Of a stretch of 18,314 nt of DNA, positions 1-8,104 are shown piece by piece. Position numbers and translations under genes: made by a program. A model generated the notes under the pieces. That model saw only the letters and a program-made list of their open reading frames with translations, was not told the origin of the DNA and did no database searches. Source of the DNA: Opitutales bacterium (lineage in GTDB: Bacteria; Verrucomicrobiota; Verrucomicrobiia; Opitutales; Coraliomargaritaceae). The stretch's first letter is position 1, and each line of letters begins with the position of its first letter. The stretch covers positions 1 through 18,314 of the forward strand of contig JBMYNR010000033.1 in NCBI GenBank assembly GCA_049598495.1, in the 5' to 3' direction.

Positions 1-117
1 GCAGAACACGAGGCAGAACGCCAAGCTCTCCGCCTCCCCACGCGGCTCAAGAGCATCTCTGCCTGACTGTCGAGTCCGTGCGGGAAAGGCCCCAAGCAGG
101 CGGAGGCACGCATGCCT

Positions 118-144
118 CGATCTTGCTGACGAAAGGCCGCTACG
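118..144 (-). repeat. Possible degenerate GTAG-type REP-like palindromic element
   Basis: The minus strand reads cGTAGcggcctttcgtcagcaagatcg: a GTAG tetranucleotide followed by an imperfect hairpin, in an intergenic position just downstream of a stop codon. Only one copy is visible in the window. Confidence 0.3.
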
Positions 145-180
145 TCCACACCCGGGGTGGTGCTCGCGAGAGCAATGATA

Positions 181-2619
181 TCAATCGGGCTCGACCAGCC
201 ATAGCCCGCATGAAAGCGGCGGCAGATTGATGTGTGAATCGCTCAACGGAATACGGGCCGATGCAATGCCTCCAAGATCGAAGCGTTCCTGATCAGCAAT
301 CTGCTTGAGCGCACTCAGATTGAGATCCCCACACTGGACATTTGCATATTCCAGATGCGGATTGATCGCATATATGAGTTGAGGCGCATCGACACTCCGA
401 TCCGCATTGTAAAGAACCACGCCTGCGCTCGACCCCTCCGCAAAATAGAACTCGAGGTAACGCTCGGTTAAACCACCGTCATATCGCAAGGCCTTGCCCA
501 GTTCCGAGCGACGGAAGCGAATCCAATTGCAAAAATAACCATGGACTCCTGAATAGACGAAGCGACGGTTGTAATCCAGCGCATTCACATCGCCACGCTG
601 GTAGGTATTGGAAATACCCTCCTTCGAGCGCATGAAGTCCTGCCCTTCCGCTAGCATCGGCACCCCGAGCGAGGCGAATAACATCGAAGCCATCAGATGA
701 GTGCGTCGCTTATCCAGGAGCGTTGGATCGCTACCGTCATGGCCAGGCCGCTCTGTGATACGATCCATCCAGCAATGGTCATCGTGCGATTCTGTGTAAT
801 TGATCGTCTGCGCAGCGAAACGAGTTGCTCCCGGCGACGCGGCCATGAAGTGACGAACCATGTCCTGACTCCCTTGCCCGCAGACATACTTAGCGATACA
901 CTCGCGAAAACCGTCATTCCAGGAGGCAAAGCCCGTCTCCTTGAGTTCCTTTTGAATGTGCCCGCGGAAGCTCCAAGGCTCAGCGATTAGAATGATCGAA
1001 GGCTTCATCTTCTTTAGTTCAACCTCGATTTCCCGCAACACCTCAATCCCAATCAATTCGGCCAGATCGAAACGGAAGCCGTCCACATCATAAGTCATTA
1101 CGAGATGCTTCAGGCTATCGATGATGAGACGACGCCCCATCGGCGTATTACAGCGAAGGTCATTACCACAGCCGCTCCAGTTCACCAGATCATTCGCTTG
1201 ATCGAGGTGAAAATAATAATACTTATCGATAAAGAGCAAATGGTTCGGCTCACCCACATGATTGTAGACGACATCCAGAATGACCGCCATGCCGTGGTCG
1301 TGAAAGTCCTGTACCAGCCCTCTAAACTCCTCGATCTGGGACGCCTTCTCCGGATCGGCGGCATAGCTACTGTCCGGCGAAAAATAGTTTACCGTCATAT
1401 ACCCCCAATGGTAATCCTCGTGGTTCGGATTGTCGAATTCCTGAATGGGCTGGAGCTCAACCGCATTCACTCCAATTTCTCTCAGATAGGAGCCTTCGGC
1501 TTTGAGCCATTTACGGAGGCCCGCATAGCCGGATCGCTCGCGGGCAGACAGATCAATCGGTGCATGGGCCGCCAAATCGCGCACATGACCTTCGAGAATG
1601 ACGAGATCATGCCAGGCCGGCGGGTGAAAAGTTCGTTCCACCCGAGACAGGCGCTCCGGCGACACCACAATACCCGGGCCACGGTGCCCGACACAGGCCT
1701 TCGCATAGGGGTCTAAAATGGCAAAGGATGGATCAAAATGGGTCGTTCCCTCGGAGTTGGTGCCATCCACATGATAGGCATAGTAGCAACCATCCAGATT
1801 CTGGGGTACCACGAGCTCCCAGGTTCGCCCCTCGAGGCAACGCAGCGGCTGTGTCACCGCATCGGAGCCGTTCAGCTCATTCCCGTAACTGACCTTCACC
1901 CCACTCGCCCTGGGAGCGAAGAGCCGAAAGGTAGTCGTCCCATCCCGAACGATCGCACCAAGTTCGAGATCGGTTTTTGCCCCCAGCAGAAACTGCGTAT
2001 GTGGCAACTCATGGAGTTCTTCAGCCTTTGCTCCGCGCCATACAATCTTCTCGTTTCCTATGGGCTCGTAGCCATCGGGCGAGTGGAAGCGAAAAATATG
2101 GGTTCCCGTCTGCTCGGGGTTAAACTCAAAATTATCGACGGCACCTCTTAGGATTCGATTGGGCGCACTGTCCGGGACATCGAGCCATTCCCCCTGATCG
2201 GTTACAAACTTGAAGGCAAAGCGTCGGTCTCTCGGGATCAATTTGAGCGGAACCCGCACTTCATAAATCGTTTCAGCATCCTCACTAACTGGCTGCAGTT
2301 CCCATCGTGGCTGACCTATAGCCTCTGACCAGTCATTAAAATCCCCGCCGAGAAAGACCCGTGCTTTCCGGTCCAGAAGTTGCGGGTAACGGTTGGAATG
2401 AAGCGCAAAAACCCAGCTGTTCTTGCAGCGGTAATAGCGGCAGTAACGACCACAGGCTTCCGGAGACAACAGTTCGAGCTTAGCGAAGCTTAGGTTCAGG
2501 GGCCCGAGCAAAAGCGGTGGCAAGGCCGTCGTGCTCGTCCAATTCTCGGAAAGAATGACCAGTCCGGAATCCTTCGACTCCCAGAATGCATGGGCGATTT
2601 TCTGTTTTCGTTCCAACAT
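181..2619 (-). CDS. GH13 type I pullulanase / glycogen-debranching-like enzyme with N-terminal CBM48-like modules
   Basis: GH13 motifs DVVYNH, DGFRFDL (nucleophile), AEPW (acid/base) and ESHD are present. It also has the pullulanase-type YHWGY motif and the CBM48-like [22 protein letters not shown] at 2619 is preferred over TTG at 2628. No signal peptide is evident. Confidence 0.88.
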   Translation of the reverse strand: MLERKQKIAHAFWESKDSGLVILSENWTSTTALPPLLLGPLNLSFAKLELLSPEACGRYCRYYRCKNSWVFALHSNRYPQLLDRKARVFLGGDFNDWSEAIGQPRWELQPVSEDAETIYEVRVPLKLIPRDRRFAFKFVTDQGEWLDVPDSAPNRILRGAVDNFEFNPEQTGTHIFRFHSPDGYEPIGNEKIVWRGAKAEELHELPHTQFLLGAKTDLELGAIVRDGTTTFRLFAPRASGVKVSYGNELNGSDAVTQPLRCLEGRTWELVVPQNLDGCYYAYHVDGTNSEGTTHFDPSFAILDPYAKACVGHRGPGIVVSPERLSRVERTFHPPAWHDLVILEGHVRDLAAHAPIDLSARERSGYAGLRKWLKAEGSYLREIGVNAVELQPIQEFDNPNHEDYHWGYMTVNYFSPDSSYAADPEKASQIEEFRGLVQDFHDHGMAVILDVVYNHVGEPNHLLFIDKYYYFHLDQANDLVNWSGCGNDLRCNTPMGRRLIIDSLKHLVMTYDVDGFRFDLAELIGIEVLREIEVELKKMKPSIILIAEPWSFRGHIQKELKETGFASWNDGFRECIAKYVCGQGSQDMVRHFMAASPGATRFAAQTINYTESHDDHCWMDRITERPGHDGSDPTLLDKRRTHLMASMLFASLGVPMLAEGQDFMRSKEGISNTYQRGDVNALDYNRRFVYSGVHGYFCNWIRFRRSELGKALRYDGGLTERYLEFYFAEGSSAGVVLYNADRSVDAPQLIYAINPHLEYANVQCGDLNLSALKQIADQERFDLGGIASARIPLSDSHINLPPLSCGLWLVEPD

Positions 2620-2699
2620 TAACAGCAACTATTCCTGCTCCCAAGAGCAGCAAGCGCAATACCCATTCATCGGAATCCGGAAATTGGATGATCCACAGG

Positions 2700-2729
2700 T
2701 TGACGTTTTTGGCCGCCTGAGCTTATCCT
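2700..2729 (+). promoter_or_regulatory. Candidate sigma70 promoter for mnmA (possibly leaderless)
   Basis: TTGACG (2700-2705), an 18-nt spacer, then TATCCT (2724-2729), ending 7 nt before the ATG at 2737. No Shine-Dalgarno sequence. Confidence 0.45.
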
Positions 2730-2736
2730 TGCTCCC

Positions 2737-3810
2737 ATGAAAAAGATCCTCGTGGCACTCTCGGGCGGTGTGGACAGTTCCGTTGCAGCCTGGCTTCTGA
2801 AAGAGCAAGGCTACGATGTTTCGGGTGCCTACATTCGCACTTGGATGAACGAGGAGATGCCACTGGCTGACTGTCCCGCCCAGCAGGACATTGAGGACTC
2901 TCGCAAGGTCGCCGCACACCTCGGAATCAACTATGAGATTGTCAACCTCGTGAATGAGTATCGCGAGCATGTTGTAAACTATTTGGTCGATGGATATAAA
3001 CGTGGAATCACGCCAAACCCGGATATGATGTGTAACCGGGAAATGAAATTCGGCATCTTCCAGGATTACGCCCTCAAGAACGGCTTCGACGGTATCGCCA
3101 CAGGCCACTATGTGCGTAAACGATGCAACGAAGACAGCAAACAGGATCTCCTGGAAGGACTCGATAAAAACAAGGATCAGACCTACTTTCTCGCGCTCCT
3201 CAAACAGCAACAGATTCGCCATGCCCTCTTTCCCGTAGGTGAACTGAACAAAGCCCACGTGCGCGAGATTGCTGAAAAGATCGCACTTCCGAATGCCTCC
3301 AAAAAGGATAGTCAGGGCATCTGCTTCCTTGGCGATATGAATATCAGCCGATTCCTGGAATACTATATTGAGGACAAACCGGGCGACATTGTGGATACGG
3401 AGGGCAAAGTGCTCGGCTGCCATCGCGGTCTACATCGCTACACCACGGGCCAGCGGCGCGGCATTGGTGTGCCCTCGAATACGGACAACGAATTCTACGT
3501 GGTCACCAAGCTCGACATGGAGCGGAACGAACTCGTCGTTGCCTTCGACAAGCCGGACTCTCCCGGGCTTTTTACCGCTGAAGTTGAAGTGAATGGTCTC
3601 AGTTTTGTGAACAAATCGATTAAGGAGAAATGCCGGCTTATGGCGAAGCCACGCTATCGGGATCCATCCCAATCAATCACTTTCACACCTAAGGGTGAAG
3701 GTCGGGCGAAGGTCCAATTCGACCAACCTCAACGAGCACTCTCCCCCGGACAAGTGCTCGCAATCTACGATGGCGAACAACTACTTGGCGGCGGGTTTTA
3801 TACCACCTAG
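2737..3810 (+). CDS. mnmA: tRNA-specific 2-thiouridylase MnmA
   Basis: Motifs SGGVDS (PP-loop), [33 protein letters not shown] and PGQ; 357 aa, full length. Confidence 0.97.
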   Translation: MKKILVALSGGVDSSVAAWLLKEQGYDVSGAYIRTWMNEEMPLADCPAQQDIEDSRKVAAHLGINYEIVNLVNEYREHVVNYLVDGYKRGITPNPDMMCNREMKFGIFQDYALKNGFDGIATGHYVRKRCNEDSKQDLLEGLDKNKDQTYFLALLKQQQIRHALFPVGELNKAHVREIAEKIALPNASKKDSQGICFLGDMNISRFLEYYIEDKPGDIVDTEGKVLGCHRGLHRYTTGQRRGIGVPSNTDNEFYVVTKLDMERNELVVAFDKPDSPGLFTAEVEVNGLSFVNKSIKEKCRLMAKPRYRDPSQSITFTPKGEGRAKVQFDQPQRALSPGQVLAIYDGEQLLGGGFYTT

Positions 3811-3898
3811 CATTGTTTCTAGTATGATTTGATCCATCTGCAGAATAGAAAAAAAAAAAATTCGCAGTCAGAGAGGTCGGCGTCGAGCAACCGTATTC

Positions 3899-4167
3899 GC
3901 GGAACAAGCTGAGGCCGCCCAATCTCCAGCAAAGCGGGGAACCACTCCTCACCACTCATGAGAATCCTCATCCGAGCATAGAAGCGACAAGACCGGATGC
4001 TCCGCAGACCGGACCATTGAGGATTCCATCCACATGAGACACATCCGAGTCAGATTAGAGGTCATCAGCGGTTATCAGTGGTTAAAATGCTACTCAGTCC
4101 GTTTCGCAAAAGGTTGAGCCCTTGCCGTTGACTGGCTTGGCTTACGGACACCTCATCAACGTTCCGC
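3899..4167 (+). mobile_element. Long element with attC-like (integron recombination site) ends
   Basis: GCGGAAC (3899-3905) is the exact reverse complement of GTTCCGC (4161-4167), preserving the AAC/GTT triplets. Spacers are 5 and 6 nt. GAGG pairs with CCTC, followed by one unpaired base and a G.T-wobble continuation on the bottom strand. At 269 bp it is longer than typical attC sites. Confidence 0.4.
4054..4083. repeat. Three degenerate 10-bp tandem units
   Basis: ATTAGAGGTC / ATCAGCGGTT / ATCAGTGGTT, read directly. Confidence 0.55.
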
Positions 4168-4300
4168 TGATGCAAGCGCTCAGCTGTATCATCCAGCGTA
4201 AGCTGAATGAAGACCTTGGATCACACCAACATTCAACGAGGTCAACCCTTCCATGAAGTGGCATGGCTCAAGCTTGATCGGGCCCAAAATGGACGCCCGG

Positions 4301-4386
4301 AGTTTTATAATAAATTTACATTAAAAGCCTTTATAAACTGTATTATTAATGCTTTATTAATAATTCTCCATTTAACCTACTACATA
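4301..4386 (+). promoter_or_regulatory. AT-rich promoter/operator region of the pilin operon
   Basis: A sharp AT-rich island immediately upstream of the pilin ATG. It contains TATAAT (4306-4311), TTTACA (4315-4320) and a perfect 9-bp inverted repeat ATTATTAAT-N5-ATTAATAAT (4342-4364). Confidence 0.55.
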
Positions 4387-5100
4387 ATGAAAAAGAAAAA
4401 CAACCCACAAGGATTCACACTGATCGAAATGATTGGTGTTCTCGCCATCATCGGTATTCTGGCCGCGGTAGTGGCCCCCCGCGTCATCGAATCGATCCGA
4501 GACGCTAAGGTGACCTCGGCAGTTGCATCCGTCAACTCCGCCAAGACCGCTGCAATCAACTACTACCAACGCTATGACAATTTCCCAACCGACACCGAAA
4601 CACAAGCAGCAGGGGTGTTGGATTATAAAGCGGATCCAACTAATCCACAGGCTTACACACCGACTGTCGGCGATGTGAGCTTCGGTGATATTCTCGTTTA
4701 CCAAGCTCAACTACTGGAGCAGGAAAAGACGCCGGTTGGCCGCCCTGAAGGTGCCCTTGAGCATGCGATTGGCTGTGCCACGGTTGGCGATGCGCTCATC
4801 GGTGGAGCCACCTATGGGGGCACCACAAGCACGATGCGCTTCAAATCAGCAGGCACAGGCACACGGGTTGTTTACTACTTTATGCCTAATTTGACCACAC
4901 AAGAAGCGGCTGCCCTTGCCACCAAGGTAAATGGACCCTTCGAAAGCTCCGCTGTGGCTGACACGGATTTCATTGAAGCGTCCTTAGCCGGTAGCGGGAT
5001 CGATTCAACCAAAGGCGGCCTTGAAGGTGCCAATGCATGGTTTGCCGTAGGAGATGGAACCGGTGAATACCACGCCTATCTATACGTCTCGCACCAGTAA
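4387..5100 (+). CDS. Type IV pilin / pseudopilin, probable major subunit (237 aa)
   Basis: Class III signal peptide MKKKNNPQG|FTLIEMIGVLAIIGILAAVVAP, with a basic leader, G-1, F1, E5 and P22. First gene of the operon. The true start is the ATG at 4387, not 4207. Confidence 0.9.
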   Translation: MKKKNNPQGFTLIEMIGVLAIIGILAAVVAPRVIESIRDAKVTSAVASVNSAKTAAINYYQRYDNFPTDTETQAAGVLDYKADPTNPQAYTPTVGDVSFGDILVYQAQLLEQEKTPVGRPEGALEHAIGCATVGDALIGGATYGGTTSTMRFKSAGTGTRVVYYFMPNLTTQEAAALATKVNGPFESSAVADTDFIEASLAGSGIDSTKGGLEGANAWFAVGDGTGEYHAYLYVSHQ

Positions 5101-5132
5101 GCCGGACGAACACTGCGGCTAGTTCGAATCCA

Positions 5133-6878
5133 TTGGAAACGAACCCTCAAAAACAATCGATAAACGGCCAGGCCTCTGAAAATTTGGAGGCCTGGCTTTT
5201 ATCCAAGCATATCCTCACGGCCTCGCAGGCCGAGTTGGCTCGGCGCGAAGGCACCCGACTGGGACTCAGTTTTTCGGAGATCGTTCAGCGCCTAGGCCTC
5301 GTTAGTAGCGAGGAACTCTCCGAATTCCGCTCCGTCCGCGGGCAATTGCGCACGGCGACTGAATTTATTCAGGACGGCCAAATCGAGGGGCAACAACTCA
5401 GTCTCCGCCGCCTCAGTCTCGATGAGGGGCTACGCTCCACCCTTCCTGCGGAGCTGTGCGAGAAATTAACCGCTATTCCGGTCGCTGAGCGCGATGACCG
5501 CCTGTGGATTGCCTGCGCGAACCCCTTCGACCTCCCCACTATCAAACGCCTCGAGACGGCTGCTCGAAGGTCGATTGAAGTATTGCCCGCTTCCGAAACG
5601 GACATCCGGCTAGCCATCAATCGAAACTACAGGGCACGCGATGAGCTCTATGAGGCGGTTGGGGCCTTCATCCAAATGGATGCAGAGGCACTCAACGAAC
5701 AAAGTCAGGACGATCCGCCGATGATCCGCCTGGCCGAGCAGATCCTCATGCATGCCGCCACCCGGGAAGCGAGCGATGTCCATCTACATCCGGAAGAACG
5801 CTTCTTCCGTATCCGCCTGCGGGTGGACGGTGTATTGGAGGAGGGGCTTCTCTTGCCCAGTGCGATACGGAGCGCACTGACAGCGCGCTTTAAAATCCTC
5901 GCGGGTATGGATATCGCGGAAGACCGACTACCACAGGATGGCCGTATTCGCTTTGCTGTGGGAAGCGAAGAGATCGATGTTCGTGTGTCCAGCCTCCCCT
6001 CCTCCAATGGTGAGAGTGTCGTCATGCGCCTTTTGGATCAGTCGCGCCTCAAGTTGGAACTCGCCACGCTCGGTTTTTCCGAAACACAGCAAAGAGAGTT
6101 TGAAGACGTATTGGATCAACCACACGGAGTCTTTTTGATCACAGGTCCGACCGGTAGCGGTAAGACCACCACACTCTATACCTTACTCTCGATGGTCGAT
6201 GCCGAGGAACGAAGTGTGTTCACTCTGGAAGACCCCATTGAATACCGCCTACCCCTGATTCGCCAAACTCAGATCAAAGATGAAATCGGGCTAAGTTTTG
6301 CCAATGGTCTGCGTACCCTGCTACGCCAAGACCCGGACGTTATTCTCGTAGGTGAAACCCGTGACCAAGTGACCGCAGAGTTGATGATTCGTGCCGCACT
6401 CACCGGTCACCTGGTCTTTTCCACGCTACACACCAACGATGCGATCAGCGCGGTGCCTCGACTCACGGATCTGGGCATCCCTCCTTACTTGCTCTCCAGT
6501 AGTTTAATCGGCCTAAGCGCACAGCGACTGGCAAGACGCCTCTGCCCGGTCTGTAAGAGCGAACATTCCTTAAGCCCCGATGAGTGGCTCGCATTGGGCG
6601 GAGACGATCGAGAAAACAATATCACCGTCTACCAAGCCACCGGCTGTCAGGCCTGCAGCCAGAAGGGCTACAACGGACGCATCAGCCTGGCAGAAATCAT
6701 CCGTATCGACTCGGGTCTAAGAAAACAGATTGATGACCACGTTCCGACATCACAACTCAAGCACTATTTGCATGAACAAGGCGTCATTCTCATGCGCCAA
6801 GATGGTTTGTTAAAAGCAGAAGCGGGACTCACCAGTATCGAAGAGGTCGGGCGAGTCATTCAACTGGAAGCTCATTAG
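5133..6878 (+). CDS. PilB/GspE-family assembly ATPase
   Basis: ASDVHLHP, RLPQDGR, Walker A GPTGSGKT, TLEDPIEY, LRQDPDVILVGE (Walker B), TGHLVFSTLHTND (His box) and the tetracysteine CPVC...CQAC. TTG start. Confidence 0.95.
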   Translation: METNPQKQSINGQASENLEAWLLSKHILTASQAELARREGTRLGLSFSEIVQRLGLVSSEELSEFRSVRGQLRTATEFIQDGQIEGQQLSLRRLSLDEGLRSTLPAELCEKLTAIPVAERDDRLWIACANPFDLPTIKRLETAARRSIEVLPASETDIRLAINRNYRARDELYEAVGAFIQMDAEALNEQSQDDPPMIRLAEQILMHAATREASDVHLHPEERFFRIRLRVDGVLEEGLLLPSAIRSALTARFKILAGMDIAEDRLPQDGRIRFAVGSEEIDVRVSSLPSSNGESVVMRLLDQSRLKLELATLGFSETQQREFEDVLDQPHGVFLITGPTGSGKTTTLYTLLSMVDAEERSVFTLEDPIEYRLPLIRQTQIKDEIGLSFANGLRTLLRQDPDVILVGETRDQVTAELMIRAALTGHLVFSTLHTNDAISAVPRLTDLGIPPYLLSSSLIGLSAQRLARRLCPVCKSEHSLSPDEWLALGGDDRENNITVYQATGCQACSQKGYNGRISLAEIIRIDSGLRKQIDDHVPTSQLKHYLHEQGVILMRQDGLLKAEAGLTSIEEVGRVIQLEAH

Positions 6879-6888
6879 TCCACCGAAG

Positions 6889-8097
6889 ATGCCTGAATTC
6901 AACTACACTGCAGTCTCCCTCGATGGTAGCCTAACTAAAGGCAACCGAGAAGCGGACTCGGTCAAACGCCTGACCGATCTACTCGCTGCAGAAGGACTCG
7001 AACTGGTTCAAGCTGATTACAGTGATTCACGGACCAAAAAACTTGAATCGCGGCAAAAATTAAAAACCTCCGAACTGGCGAACCTTCTCTTCCAGGTGGG
7101 CATTCAACTGAGGGCTGGCGTGCCGATCACAGAGGCCCTGCGTTCGCGCGAGGGCGAGGAAAACTCCAAAGCAGAGTCAACGATCCGACAGCGTTTAAGC
7201 GAAATGCTCGAACAGGGCACGCCACTGAGCAAAGGTCTGGAAAGATTTCCCCGGGCCTTCCCGAGCTACGTCCGCAATATCACTAAGGTTGCCGAACAGA
7301 GTGGTTCTCTTGATGAAAATTTTATCGAGCTTCGTGACTATCTCGAGTGGATGGACCGGAACTGGAAGGCTTTCAAACAGGCGATGCTCTACCCCGCATT
7401 CGTGGTCGCCGCTCTAGTTATCTTTATTTTCATCGCATTGCGGTTCGTCTTTCCGACGGTCACAGAACTGCTTTTTGAATTGGATATCCCCTTGCCGTGG
7501 ATAACCCGCGTAATGATCGCAGCAAGCGATTTTGTGGTCGAATACTGGGGCATTATTCTTTCGGCTATCGTCTTCGGCCCCGCCTGCTTACGGCTATTAT
7601 TTCGAATTTCCAAACGGGCGGCACTCCTTCGGGATCATTTTCTCCTCAAACTTCCCTTTCTGGGCGACGTACTCCTCACACTCGCAGTTTCCCGTTTTCT
7701 GCGTAGCCTGATTCTTATGCAAAAGGCCGGCATCGTGATCACGGATTCACTCGCGATGGCTCGCGAGGTCGTCGGAAACGGCGTTATCGAGCGCAGCGTT
7801 TCACGGATTGAAACCGCTGTATCCAATGGCTCAAGCATGAGCAGCAGCATGTCCAAAGATCCGTTTTTTCCTCCACTTGTCCGCACCATGGTCGGCGTGG
7901 GCGAGCGCAGCGGATCCCTAGACACCTCTCTGCAAGCTGTCGTTGATTATTATGACGATTTAGTGCCACGCAAAATTAAGACTTTCTTCGCGGTCCTGGA
8001 ACCGGGCTTGATCGTTTTAACGGTATTCATGGCGGGCATCGTCGCAGCCGCCGTATTTTTGCCGCTTGTCAATATGCTCAGCCCCAGCGCTTTCTAA
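6889..8097 (+). CDS. PilC/GspF-family inner-membrane platform protein
   Basis: Two repeated T2SSF domains (AGVPITEAL...AEQSGSLD and AGIVITDSL...GERSGSLD), AMLYP and LEP motifs, three hydrophobic segments; 402 aa. Confidence 0.95.
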   Translation: MPEFNYTAVSLDGSLTKGNREADSVKRLTDLLAAEGLELVQADYSDSRTKKLESRQKLKTSELANLLFQVGIQLRAGVPITEALRSREGEENSKAESTIRQRLSEMLEQGTPLSKGLERFPRAFPSYVRNITKVAEQSGSLDENFIELRDYLEWMDRNWKAFKQAMLYPAFVVAALVIFIFIALRFVFPTVTELLFELDIPLPWITRVMIAASDFVVEYWGIILSAIVFGPACLRLLFRISKRAALLRDHFLLKLPFLGDVLLTLAVSRFLRSLILMQKAGIVITDSLAMAREVVGNGVIERSVSRIETAVSNGSSMSSSMSKDPFFPPLVRTMVGVGERSGSLDTSLQAVVDYYDDLVPRKIKTFFAVLEPGLIVLTVFMAGIVAAAVFLPLVNMLSPSAF

Positions 8098-8104
8098 TTA
8101 CCCC

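Noticed and set aside
81..140. Hammerhead-ribozyme-like words (GAAA at 84-87, CTGACGA at 126-132)
   Set aside because: Stems I-III and the cleavage triplet cannot be assembled with correct adjacency. CTGACGA is better explained as part of the REP-like unit.
1105..1716. 203-aa plus-strand ORF
   Set aside because: Antisense shadow of the GH13 catalytic domain; no recognisable motifs.
2629..3423. 264-aa minus-strand ORF abutting the pullulanase ORF
   Set aside because: Antisense shadow of mnmA; no motifs.
3865..3960. Possible tRNA downstream of mnmA
   Set aside because: No cloverleaf, T-loop GTTCRA or acceptor stem on either strand.
4207..4386. 60-aa N-terminal extension of the first pilin in the ORF track
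   Set aside because: It runs through the AT-rich promoter region; the ATG at 4387 gives a canonical short basic prepilin leader.
4414..5100. Electrically conductive (e-pilin) interpretation, since 21 of 228 mature residues are F/Y/W
   Set aside because: There are no aromatics between F1 and about Y50, so the conserved N-terminal helix aromatics of Geobacter-type e-pilins are missing.
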